Assembly: GCA_003169735.1 (NCBI GenBank)
Contig: PNAP01000025.1
Location: forward strand, 179-64,178
Reading direction: 5' to 3'
Source of the DNA: Chloroflexota bacterium
GTDB lineage: Bacteria; Chloroflexota; Limnocylindria; Limnocylindrales; CSP1-4
DNA: 64,000 nucleotides
The notes below the pieces were generated by a model. That model ran no database searches and had not been told where the DNA came from. It saw only the letters and a program-made list of their open reading frames with translations. Position 1 is the stretch's first letter. Every line of letters begins with the position of its first letter. The position numbers and the translations under genes are program-made. Of the stretch, positions 26,604-35,070 are shown one piece after another.

Positions 26604-29600
26604 TCAGGGTGCCGCGCTCGGTGTCGCCGAGGGCAGACCCGCGGGCCCGTAGCCCGTGAGCTCGACGTAAGCCTGGCCGCCATCGGGCTGGCCGTCGATG
26701 GTGGCGTGGACGGTCTGCGAGCCTTCCCAGTAGACGACCCCGGTCGTTGGGCGCGTGTCGAGTTCCTGGTCGGCGACTGTCGGCGTGAGGTCGAGGACGA
26801 GCGATTCGATGGGCAGCACGATGTGCCAGCCGGCCGGATAGACGGCCCCCGTCGCGGGCGACGTCCACGAGCCGGTCGAGCTGACGGTGAAGGCGGTCGA
26901 CGGCAGGTGCTCAACGGTCTGGCCACGAATCAGCGTTCCGTACACGAGCGTGTCCGTGCCCGCGGTGTCGCGCACCAACGAGAGGGTCAGGCCCGTGCCG
27001 TCGTCGAGGTTCACCGCGAACCAATCCCAGCCGCCGCCGCCGACGGCGATGAAGTCGCCCCACTGGTGGTCGAACCAGGCCTCGCCGTCGACCGCCAGCG
27101 TCTGGCCACCGACGGTGATGGTGCCGCTCGCCGAGAGCCGCGGCCGCGAGTAGTAGTACGAGCCACCGGCAGCGCCGAAGTCGACGTACCCGTCGGTGTC
27201 CTCGAGCGCGACCGGGACCGTGCCCGCGTCGAGGGCCAGGTCGATGCCGAACGGCGACGCGTCGGCAGCGGTGCCATGCGCATCGAGCTGGTCGTGGCCG
27301 CCGGAGCCGACCATCGTCCACGGCTGCGCGGTGAGCTGCGGGACGCCCGGCAGGCGATCGCCGACGATGCCGAGATCGAAGCCGCTCGCCGCACCCAGGT
27401 CAACCTCGGGGCCGATCTGGGCGCGCTGGTCGTACAGGAATCGGTCGCCGCTCTCGTCGGTCAGCGCGAGATGCGACGCCCACGCGACCGGGAAACTGCC
27501 GCGCTCTGCCCGGAAGACCACGAACTCGAAGCCGAAGTGCTTGCCTGCCGCTGTCTGCAGGTGGCCGGTGTAATACCACCACTCGGTCAATCGATGGTGG
27601 GGCGCGTCATCGGCGGGCAGGACGATCGGTTGTGGGTCGGGTGGCCGAACGGCGCTGGCCGTCGGGGTCGGCAGCGAGGGCACGACGGACGGCTGGTTGG
27701 CCATCAACAGCCCGGACGGAGAGCAGGCACTCACGAGCAGCACCGCGATCAGCCCGAGCACGACCAGCTGGAGGGCCGTCCCCTCGATGACCGGCAGGCG
27801 TGACGCGATGAGGCGCTTCAGGCGCTCCGGCATCCACCAGTTCCAGTGCCCGAGCAGGCGCATCGTCGACGGCACGAGCAGCGCCCGCACGACGGTGGCA
27901 TCCAGGGCCACGGCGATGGCCACGCCAAGACCGACCGCCTTGATGAGCACGATGTCGGCGAACGCGAACGAACCCGCCACCACGACCACGATGAGCGCGG
28001 CGCTGGTGACGATCCGACCGCTGCGCTCCATGCCACTCGCCACTGCAAGGCGATTGTCGCCGGTCCGGTCGTAGACCTCCTTCATGCGCGTCAGGAGGAA
28101 GACCTCGTAGTCCATCGACAGGCCGAACAGGACGCAGAAGAGGATGACGGGCAGCGTCGTCTCGACGAAACCGAGCGGCTCGAAGCCGAGGATCGCCGAC
28201 AGGTTGCCGTCCTGGAAGATCCAGACGAGTGCCCCGAAACTGGCCACGATGGAGAGCGCGTTCATGATCAGCGCCTTGGCCGGCAGGACGACCGAGCGCA
28301 GCAGCACGAACAGAACGAGGTAGGTCGAGATGAGGATGAACGCGGCGCTGCGCGGGAAGTCGGCGCCCATCCGGTCGACGACGTCCTTGACCTCGGCCGC
28401 GCCGCCGCCGACCGCCACGGTCACGCCGGCCGGCGGTGCCAGCGCCGAGTGCGGGTCGCGCAACTCATCGACCAGGGCGCGGCCCTCCGGCGCGTTCGGC
28501 CCGAAGTCCGTGACGACCGAGAACGCCGTCAGGTCGCCGTTGGTGGTCCGTGCAAGCGTGTCAGCCACGAACCGATCAGCCGGGCCGTTGGGCGCGCCGA
28601 GGATGAGCTGGTACTGCGCCTCGTCCAGGCGCGGGTCGATGTCCACGATGCTGTCGACGCGCGCCACGCGCGGATCGGCCGCGATCTCACGCGAGTACGC
28701 GTACAGCCGCGCGATGTTGTCGGGCGACGTCACCGGTCCGTCCGTCTGGACGGCCAGCAGGAGTGGCGCGAACTCGCCGCGCTGGAAGTCGTCGAGCAGC
28801 AGGTCGAACGCCTGGCGCGACGGCACGCTCGGAGGCAGGATCGATTCATCGGGAGCGTCGAAGCGGACGTGCAGGAACGGAACGCCGAGGAGGACGAGCA
28901 CCGCGAGCGTCGCCACGAAGATCCTGACGGGCTGATCCATGACCCGATTGGCGAGGCGCGCCCACGCGCCTTCGCCGGGCACCGCCGGCGTGCGCGGCCC
29001 GCGGCGCAGGCTGGGCACGCGCAGGGCGTCGATGCGCGGTCCGGCCACCGCCAGCACGGCCGGCAGCAGGGTCACCGCTCCAGCGAGCGCGAAGCCGACG
29101 ACGATCGCGCCGGCGATGCCGACCGAGCGCAGGACCATGAACTCGAACAGGATCAGGCCGATCAACCCAAGCAGCACCGTCACGCCGCTGAAGAAGGCCG
29201 CCCGGCCGGCGGTGGCGACGGTGACGCCGATGGCATCCTCGATGACCGCCCGATCGGGCGATCCGTCCGGCAGCCGGCCGCCGCCGCGCCGCGCCAGCTC
29301 CTCGCGGAAGCGGCTCGACAACAGCAGCGAGTAGTCCACGCCGAGGCCGAATCCGAGCAGCGTGGCGATGTTCAGCACGAAGATGCTCATCGGCATGACC
29401 GAGGCGACGAGGAAGATCACGGCGACCGCGATGAGCACCGAGACGCCGCCCACGATGACCGGCACCCCGGCGGCCACGAAACTGCCGAAGACGAGCAGCA
29501 GGGCGAGCGCCGCCAGCGGCAACGAGATCAGCTCGCTGCGCTGCAGATCCTGCTCACTGACGACCTGGACATCGCCGTAGAAGACGGGGCTGCCGGCGAG

Positions 29601-30071
29601 ATAGGTGCTGATCCCCGGGGCGGCATGGATGGCCGCCTGGATGCCGGGCACCGCGTCGGGCGCGTCATCGGGCGACAGGTCGAGCGAGACGACCTCATAG
29701 ACGGTTCGCCCGTCGGCGCTGACCTGGTTGGGAGCGAGACGATGGGTCAGGATGCCCGTCACGTGCGGTGCTGACGGCACGTCCACCAGCGCGGTCGCGA
29801 CGGCCGACTCGAACGCGAGATCACCAGCCTTGGCGTCGGTGTCGGAGCGGACGACGATGGCCAACGCCGACGGCGGCAGGCCGATGGCCGATTCGAGAAG
29901 CTTGCTCGTGCGCGCTGCCTCGAGATCGTCGAGCGAGAAGCCGCCCGATTGGAGGACGCTCGACGCTCGCGGCGCGAGCGGCAACGCGACCAGCGCCAGC
30001 ACCGCCCAGACGGCGATGACCCACCACCGGTGGCGCGCGCACGCCCGGCCAAGTCGCTCGAACGTCGTCAT
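26604..30071 (-). CDS. MMPL family RND-type transporter fused to a C-terminal AttH/CrtC-like (COG5621, lipocalin-type) domain
   Basis: Residues 1-790 form a 12-TM MMPL core with LGFGLGVDYSLLL and LFGLSMDYEVFLLTRMKE motifs. Residues about 795-1155 carry HHRLTEWWYYTGHL...FGFEFVVFRAE...WFDHQWGDF, characteristic of AttH/hydroxyneurosporene-synthase-like beta-barrels. Confidence 0.8.
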   Translation of the reverse strand: MTTFERLGRACARHRWWVIAVWAVLALVALPLAPRASSVLQSGGFSLDDLEAARTSKLLESAIGLPPSALAIVVRSDTDAKAGDLAFESAVATALVDVPSAPHVTGILTHRLAPNQVSADGRTVYEVVSLDLSPDDAPDAVPGIQAAIHAAPGISTYLAGSPVFYGDVQVVSEQDLQRSELISLPLAALALLLVFGSFVAAGVPVIVGGVSVLIAVAVIFLVASVMPMSIFVLNIATLLGFGLGVDYSLLLSSRFREELARRGGGRLPDGSPDRAVIEDAIGVTVATAGRAAFFSGVTVLLGLIGLILFEFMVLRSVGIAGAIVVGFALAGAVTLLPAVLAVAGPRIDALRVPSLRRGPRTPAVPGEGAWARLANRVMDQPVRIFVATLAVLVLLGVPFLHVRFDAPDESILPPSVPSRQAFDLLLDDFQRGEFAPLLLAVQTDGPVTSPDNIARLYAYSREIAADPRVARVDSIVDIDPRLDEAQYQLILGAPNGPADRFVADTLARTTNGDLTAFSVVTDFGPNAPEGRALVDELRDPHSALAPPAGVTVAVGGGAAEVKDVVDRMGADFPRSAAFILISTYLVLFVLLRSVVLPAKALIMNALSIVASFGALVWIFQDGNLSAILGFEPLGFVETTLPVILFCVLFGLSMDYEVFLLTRMKEVYDRTGDNRLAVASGMERSGRIVTSAALIVVVVAGSFAFADIVLIKAVGLGVAIAVALDATVVRALLVPSTMRLLGHWNWWMPERLKRLIASRLPVIEGTALQLVVLGLIAVLLVSACSPSGLLMANQPSVVPSLPTPTASAVRPPDPQPIVLPADDAPHHRLTEWWYYTGHLQTAAGKHFGFEFVVFRAERGSFPVAWASHLALTDESGDRFLYDQRAQIGPEVDLGAASGFDLGIVGDRLPGVPQLTAQPWTMVGSGGHDQLDAHGTAADASPFGIDLALDAGTVPVALEDTDGYVDFGAAGGSYYYSRPRLSASGTITVGGQTLAVDGEAWFDHQWGDFIAVGGGGWDWFAVNLDDGTGLTLSLVRDTAGTDTLVYGTLIRGQTVEHLPSTAFTVSSTGSWTSPATGAVYPAGWHIVLPIESLVLDLTPTVADQELDTRPTTGVVYWEGSQTVHATIDGQPDGGQAYVELTGYGPAGLPSATPSAAP

Positions 30072-30127
30072 CTCACGGGTCCGTCGTCACTTGTCGCCGG
30101 GGCGCGCGTCGGTCGTCGCGCGGCCGC

Positions 30128-30550
30128 TCAGACGATCTCGAAGGTGGTCGTGACGGTGGCGACCCCTCGGACGGTCGCGAGCACCGAGCAGTAGCGCTCG
30201 CAGCTCAGCGTCACGGCCCGCTCGACGGCCGCGGGGCGAAGCTCACCACGCACGATGAAGTGGACGGTGATGGCGGTATACGCGTACGGCGCCTCGGTCG
30301 ATTGCTCGCCGGTCACGCGCACCTCCACGCCCTCGACAGGGTGGCGGCCCTTGCCCAGGATCTGGACCACGTCCCAGGCCGCGCACGAGCCGGCCGAGGC
30401 GAGCAGCAGTTCGGCCGGGCTGAAGCCGGTCGGCGGATGGCCCGAATCGGGCGGATGCGGGGCATTGATGGCGATGACCTGGCCCGGGTGCGTCCCGATC
30501 GCGCTGAACCGCTCTTCCTCCGGTTGCCACGCGACCGTCACGGTTCGCAT
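30128..30550 (-). CDS. osmC: OsmC/Ohr family peroxiredoxin-like protein
   Basis: OsmC fold with two conserved Cys (SAGSCAAWDV and LSCERYCSV). The ATG at 30550 with AGGAGGG 7 nt upstream is preferred over the ORF start at 30583. Confidence 0.75.
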   Translation of the reverse strand: MRTVTVAWQPEEERFSAIGTHPGQVIAINAPHPPDSGHPPTGFSPAELLLASAGSCAAWDVVQILGKGRHPVEGVEVRVTGEQSTEAPYAYTAITVHFIVRGELRPAAVERAVTLSCERYCSVLATVRGVATVTTTFEIV

Positions 30551-30644
30551 CAGGCCCTCCTGCTCCTCGCGCTGGCTCGCCACGGCGGGCGACGTTCGCG
30601 GCCACGCCCATCATGCGCCGAGACCGCCGGAGAGGCTCGCGAGG

Positions 30645-30779
30645 TCAGATGTTGGCGGCGATGACCGAGAGGATGGCGCTGATCTGGGTGCCCAGGAAGA
30701 GCAGCGCGACCAGCGCCACGATGGCGATCAACCCGACGATCAGCGCGTACTCGACGAGGCCCTGTCCATGCTGTGGCAC
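30645..30779 (-). CDS. flp: Flp/Fap family type IVb pilin (44 aa), absent from the ORF track
   Basis: GTG at 30779; the product MPQHGQGLVEYALIVGLIAIVALVALLFLGTQISAILSVIAANI carries the Flp processing/assembly signature G-x4-EY followed by a single hydrophobic helix; stop at 30647-30645. Confidence 0.55.
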   Translation of the reverse strand: MPQHGQGLVEYALIVGLIAIVALVALLFLGTQISAILSVIAANI

Positions 30780-30783
30780 CGGG

Positions 30784-31185
30784 TCACTCGCCGATGACCG
30801 ACCAGATGAAGCCCATGAAGATGAAGAAGCCGGCGAAAAGTCCCACCAGCGCCGGGGCGCCGACCTTGTTGGCCGGCAGGTCCTGGCTGGCCAGGAACGC
30901 CATGACCGCCATCCACAGGATGAGCAGGACAGCGAAGAAGTAGCGCGAATTGCGCCCTGTCACGAGGTGGACCCACGTCGTCTGCTTGCGCTCCGCGCTC
31001 AGCGCCACGCGCAGGAACACCGTCACCATCAGCCCGGCGATGGCGATCCCCAGGACGAGCGCGATGGGTTGCGCGATGGCCGTCTGGAATCCGCCGTACA
31101 GCGAGACGATCACGACGAACAGCGTCAAGAGAGCGACCAGGGTGCCCAACCGCTGAAGGCGTTCCATCAGGGGGGAGTCTAACAA
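30784..31185 (-). CDS. Small integral membrane protein (4 TM), unknown function
   Basis: Hydrophobic profile only. Lies 4 nt upstream of flp on the same strand. Confidence 0.45.
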   Translation of the reverse strand: MLDSPLMERLQRLGTLVALLTLFVVIVSLYGGFQTAIAQPIALVLGIAIAGLMVTVFLRVALSAERKQTTWVHLVTGRNSRYFFAVLLILWMAVMAFLASQDLPANKVGAPALVGLFAGFFIFMGFIWSVIGE

Positions 31186-31289
31186 AGGGTCGTCGGCGCG
31201 AACGGGTCGGCTGACCAGCGTGTCGGCGCTGGGGTATCATCGGCCGCTATCCAGCTTGCATAGTGTTTATGCACAGGGAGGCTCGGAGC

Positions 31290-32912
31290 GTGGACATCAT
31301 CGCGAGCCCGGAGACGGCGCCGTTCGTGAATCAGCGTGACCCGTCGCGCGCGCTCGGGCCTGACGGCAAGCCGGCGGTCAGCCGACGCGCACCGATCTGG
31401 GCCGACGTGCCCGACGAGAAGTGGAACGACTGGCGCTGGCAACTGTCGAATCGCGTCAACGACCTCGATGAGATCGAGGGCATCCTCAACCTGACGCCCG
31501 AGGAGCGCGACGGCCTCTCCGCGCCCGACAAGTTCCGCGTCGACATCACGCCCTACTTCATCAGCCTCATCGACCCCGACGACCCGACCGACCCGATCCG
31601 CCGCCAGGTCATCCCGCTCGGCCGCGAGAACGAGGCGTTCACGGGGATGATGGAGGACTCGCTGGCCGAGGATCGCCACTCGCCGGTGCCGGGCCTTGTC
31701 CACCGCTACCCCGATCGCGTGCTGATGCTGGTGACCACGCAGTGCGCGTCATATTGCCGCTACTGCACGCGGTCGCGCATCGTCGGCGATCCGACCCAGA
31801 ACTTCAACCGCAAGGACCACGAAGCGCAGCTCGAATACCTGCGCCGCACGCCGCAGGTGCGCGACGTGCTCATCAGCGGCGGCGACGGGCTGACCCTCGC
31901 GCCGAAGCTCTTCGAATCGATCCTGCGCGGCCTGCGCGAGATCCCGCACATCGAGATCGTCCGCATCGGAACGCGCGTGCCGGTCTTCCTGCCGCAGCGC
32001 GTCGATGACGAGCTGTGCGAGATGCTCGCCAAGTACCACCCGATCTGGATGAACCTGCATTTCAACCACGCCCAGGAGATCACGCCCGAGGTCTCGCGTG
32101 CGGTCGACAAGCTGACGCGGGCGGGCATCCCGGTCGGCAACCAGTCGGTCCTGCTGGCCGGCGTGAATGACTGCGTCAACATCCAGCGCGAGCTGGTCCA
32201 CCGCCTGGTCGAGAACCGGATCCGCCCGTACTACCTCTACCAGTGCGACCTCGTCGAGGGCTCCGGCCACTTCCGGACGCCGGTCGGCAAGGGCATCGAG
32301 ATCATGGAGGGGCTGCGCGGCCACACCTCGGGCTACGCCGTGCCGACCTACGTCATCGATGCGCCCGGAGGCGGCGGCAAGATCCCGGTCGCGCCGAACT
32401 ACCTCATCAGTTACTCGGACCACAAGATCGTCCTGCGCAACTACGAGGGCTACATCACGACCTACGAGGAGCCGCTCGAGTACAAGCAGCACGACAAGGC
32501 CAACTGCAGGGCCTGCCAGAAGCCGCGGCCGGAGCCAGGCCAATCGGGCATCCTCGGGCTGCTCGAGGGGGAGCGGATGTGGATCGAGCCGCGCGGTTTC
32601 GCCGAGATCCACGAGCGCGGCAATCTTGAACAGCATCGCCTCCAGGACCCGTCGAAGTGGGTGCCCTACGGCGTCGGAGCCATCGAGGGCCAGGCGCGCG
32701 GGGCGCTCCCGGTCCTCGAGAGCGGGAATGGCAACGGCCTGCTCGACAGCGAGCGAGCCGCCACTGACACCAATGCCGGTCTCGTCGAGCCAGGCGACCT
32801 GCTGAGCGAAGAGCAGCGCGCGGAGATGGGGCGGCCCCACTACGGACCCGGCGAGGAACCACGGCCGCGCGACGGAGAACCGACCGGATCCGCCCACGGG
32901 GAGCTGCTCTAG
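31290..32912 (+). CDS. kamA: Lysine 2,3-aminomutase (KamA family radical SAM)
   Basis: WNDWRWQLSNRV, CASYCRYCTRSR (CxxxCxxC) and a PLP-binding region. The GTG at 31290 with AGGGAGG 8 nt upstream is preferred. Carries a roughly 120-aa acidic C-terminal tail. Confidence 0.85.
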   Translation: MDIIASPETAPFVNQRDPSRALGPDGKPAVSRRAPIWADVPDEKWNDWRWQLSNRVNDLDEIEGILNLTPEERDGLSAPDKFRVDITPYFISLIDPDDPTDPIRRQVIPLGRENEAFTGMMEDSLAEDRHSPVPGLVHRYPDRVLMLVTTQCASYCRYCTRSRIVGDPTQNFNRKDHEAQLEYLRRTPQVRDVLISGGDGLTLAPKLFESILRGLREIPHIEIVRIGTRVPVFLPQRVDDELCEMLAKYHPIWMNLHFNHAQEITPEVSRAVDKLTRAGIPVGNQSVLLAGVNDCVNIQRELVHRLVENRIRPYYLYQCDLVEGSGHFRTPVGKGIEIMEGLRGHTSGYAVPTYVIDAPGGGGKIPVAPNYLISYSDHKIVLRNYEGYITTYEEPLEYKQHDKANCRACQKPRPEPGQSGILGLLEGERMWIEPRGFAEIHERGNLEQHRLQDPSKWVPYGVGAIEGQARGALPVLESGNGNGLLDSERAATDTNAGLVEPGDLLSEEQRAEMGRPHYGPGEEPRPRDGEPTGSAHGELL

Positions 32913-32967
32913 ACCGTCGCCGGTGCGACCGGATCAACGGGCGAACTGGGGCGTATCCTCAGAAGTG

Positions 32968-34062
32968 ATGGCAACCGGTGGCCCCGAGCGGCTCAGCCCC
33001 GCCCGCCCCCGGCCCGCCCTATGGCTCCTGCCTGCGCTCGCCGCGATGGTCTGTGGCGCCTTTCTGATCGTGGCCCTGGCCGCGACGCCTCCGCAGAACG
33101 CGATCTTCGTCGACTGGACGACCTATTCGCTGGGCAGCGAGCGGGTCCTCGACGGTCAGTCCCTGTACCTGCCGGAGCAGCTTGCCGGTCCGTACCATCT
33201 GCCAGACGTGACGCCGCAAGGCTATGTCTATCCGCCTCCTTCGGCCGTGCTGTTCGTGCCTTTCTCGTACGGTCAGGTCGGGCTCGCGCTGTGGCTGATC
33301 CTGAACCTCGGGTTGCTCTTCTCGGGGCTGGCGGCGGTCGTTCGCCGCGAATTCAGGCAGCTGAGACCCGTCCCCCTGGCCCTCGTCTTCATCGGCCTGC
33401 TCATCATCATCCCGGTCCCCGGGACGGTCCTCGCGCCATTCCCCAACGGCGTGCTGACGGCGAATGTGAACGTGGCCCTGGCCGGGCTCCTGGCATGGTG
33501 CTGGGCCGTCGGGTCGCGGCGCGGTTGGATCCCCTACGTGGCCGGTGTCGTCGGGACGTTCAAGATCTTCCCCGGTGCCCTGGCGCTCTGGGCCGTCCGC
33601 CGCGATGGCTGGCGGGCACTTGCCATCGCCATCGGGGTCGCCGCCGCGATCGTCGTGGTGACCCTGCCCCTGGTCGGGATCAGCGAGTGGTCCGCCTTCT
33701 TTCGCGCGCTATCGAACGCGGAGCCGACGTGCGACGGGGGCCGGTCGTCGATCGCGTGCCTTGCGCTTCCGCTGATCGGCTCGAGCCTTGCCAAGATCCT
33801 CGGGCTCGTGGTCGGTGGCGTCCTGCTTCTGCTGGCCCTGCGAGCTCGCGGCGAGTTCATGGCGTTCGTGCTCCTGACGGCGGGGATGCTCGCGGCGGTC
33901 GAAGACGGCCACTCCCATTACCTGCTGTTCGGGTATGTGCTGCTGGTCATCGGCCTGTGCCGGCTGCGCGTCCGCCGCGGACTCCCCACTCAGGCGCCTG
34001 ACGCGATGATCCCGTCGATGGGGAGCGGCGCTCCAGCAGGTACCCGAACAGCGGCAGGATGA
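32968..34062 (+). CDS. Polytopic membrane protein, GT87/DUF2029-like (GT-C fold mannosyltransferase candidate)
   Basis: Multiple TM helices with conserved-loop style FKIFPGALALW. ATG at 32968 in frame with ORF 32923. Its 3' end overlaps the next gene convergently by 116 nt. Confidence 0.5.
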   Translation: MATGGPERLSPARPRPALWLLPALAAMVCGAFLIVALAATPPQNAIFVDWTTYSLGSERVLDGQSLYLPEQLAGPYHLPDVTPQGYVYPPPSAVLFVPFSYGQVGLALWLILNLGLLFSGLAAVVRREFRQLRPVPLALVFIGLLIIIPVPGTVLAPFPNGVLTANVNVALAGLLAWCWAVGSRRGWIPYVAGVVGTFKIFPGALALWAVRRDGWRALAIAIGVAAAIVVVTLPLVGISEWSAFFRALSNAEPTCDGGRSSIACLALPLIGSSLAKILGLVVGGVLLLLALRARGEFMAFVLLTAGMLAAVEDGHSHYLLFGYVLLVIGLCRLRVRRGLPTQAPDAMIPSMGSGAPAGTRTAAG

Positions 34063-34990
34063 CCAGCAGGTAGCCGACGCTCGCCCAGCGGTCGAAGAAG
34101 AGCACGACGACGAAGATCGCTGTCCCTGACAGCACGACGAGGGTCCAGCGCCGCACGAGGAGCGACAGCGCGCCGATGGGGATGGCCAGCAGCCGCCCGG
34201 CCGGCAGGTCGAAGCTGTTGGCCGGCACCGGGTGGGCGGCCGCGGCGAGGTCGAGCGAGCGCAGGAAGCTGCTCGGGCCCCACACCACGAGTGGCGCCCA
34301 GCAGATCGCCGTCACGCCCAGCGCTGCCACGGCCGTGGCCATGCCGCCGAACCCGATGGCCGCCGGGAACCACGCGAACGCGTAGGGCTTCAACGCCGCC
34401 GCGACCGCCAGCAGGACCCCGCCGGCGCGCCGATGCCGTTCCAGTGCGAGCAGACCGGCAAACACCACGAAGGCCGGGATGCCGTCGTTGATTCCCGAGG
34501 TACTCAGCTGGACGGCGAATCCGAGCGCGCCGTAGACGGCGAGCGTCACGAAGCTTCCGCGCAGCGTGAGCAGCACCATCACTCCCGCCCCGGCGAGCAC
34601 TTCGCCGATCACGCCGAGTGGCGCCGTGAGCAACATCAATGGTCCGTAGACGAACGGCGCGCCCGGCGGCATGGACGCCGCGTAGCCGATGCCATATGGG
34701 CTGCCGCCGGCGAGCACCTGCTGCAGCGCCGCTTGCCCCACGATGAGTTGGTCGGCGCCGACCGGCAGGCCGGCGAAGACGAGGCGCAGCCATATCGCCC
34801 CGACCGTCAGCGCGAGGCCGAAGAGCAGCGGTCGTCGATGGACGAGGGCAGCGGCCGGGATGGCCGCCATCGCCAGCCAGGCGGCAGGGTGCCCGAGGTT
34901 GGTGGCGTCGACGCACGTCAGCGCTCCGAGCGCCGTGAAGACTCCGAGCGCCACCCGCATGCCGAGCGGCACGCTGCGGACACGCGCCAT
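33947..34990 (-). CDS. Polytopic membrane protein, GT-C/DUF2029-like
   Basis: AAALKPYAFAWFPAA and multiple TM helices. ATG at 34990 within ORF 33947..35053. Confidence 0.5.
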   Translation of the reverse strand: MARVRSVPLGMRVALGVFTALGALTCVDATNLGHPAAWLAMAAIPAAALVHRRPLLFGLALTVGAIWLRLVFAGLPVGADQLIVGQAALQQVLAGGSPYGIGYAASMPPGAPFVYGPLMLLTAPLGVIGEVLAGAGVMVLLTLRGSFVTLAVYGALGFAVQLSTSGINDGIPAFVVFAGLLALERHRRAGGVLLAVAAALKPYAFAWFPAAIGFGGMATAVAALGVTAICWAPLVVWGPSSFLRSLDLAAAAHPVPANSFDLPAGRLLAIPIGALSLLVRRWTLVVLSGTAIFVVVLFFDRWASVGYLLVILPLFGYLLERRSPSTGSSRQAPEWGVRGGRAAGTGR

Positions 34991-35070
34991 GATCACGCGG
35001 TCAAGGCCGCCACGGGGCGCTCGAGAACACGCCGCGACCTTAGCACCCGGCATGGAGATACCCTCTCGTC

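Noticed and set aside
26706-29774. Plus-strand ORFs of 365 and 642 aa (26706..27803 and 27846..29774)
   Set aside because: They are antisense to the MMPL-AttH gene, which has unmistakable MMPL motifs on the minus strand.
30551-30583. Longer start (30583) for osmC
   Set aside because: The ATG at 30550 has an AGGAGGG Shine-Dalgarno at ideal spacing; the 11-aa extension is acidic, non-conserved filler. Either is possible, and the shorter was chosen.
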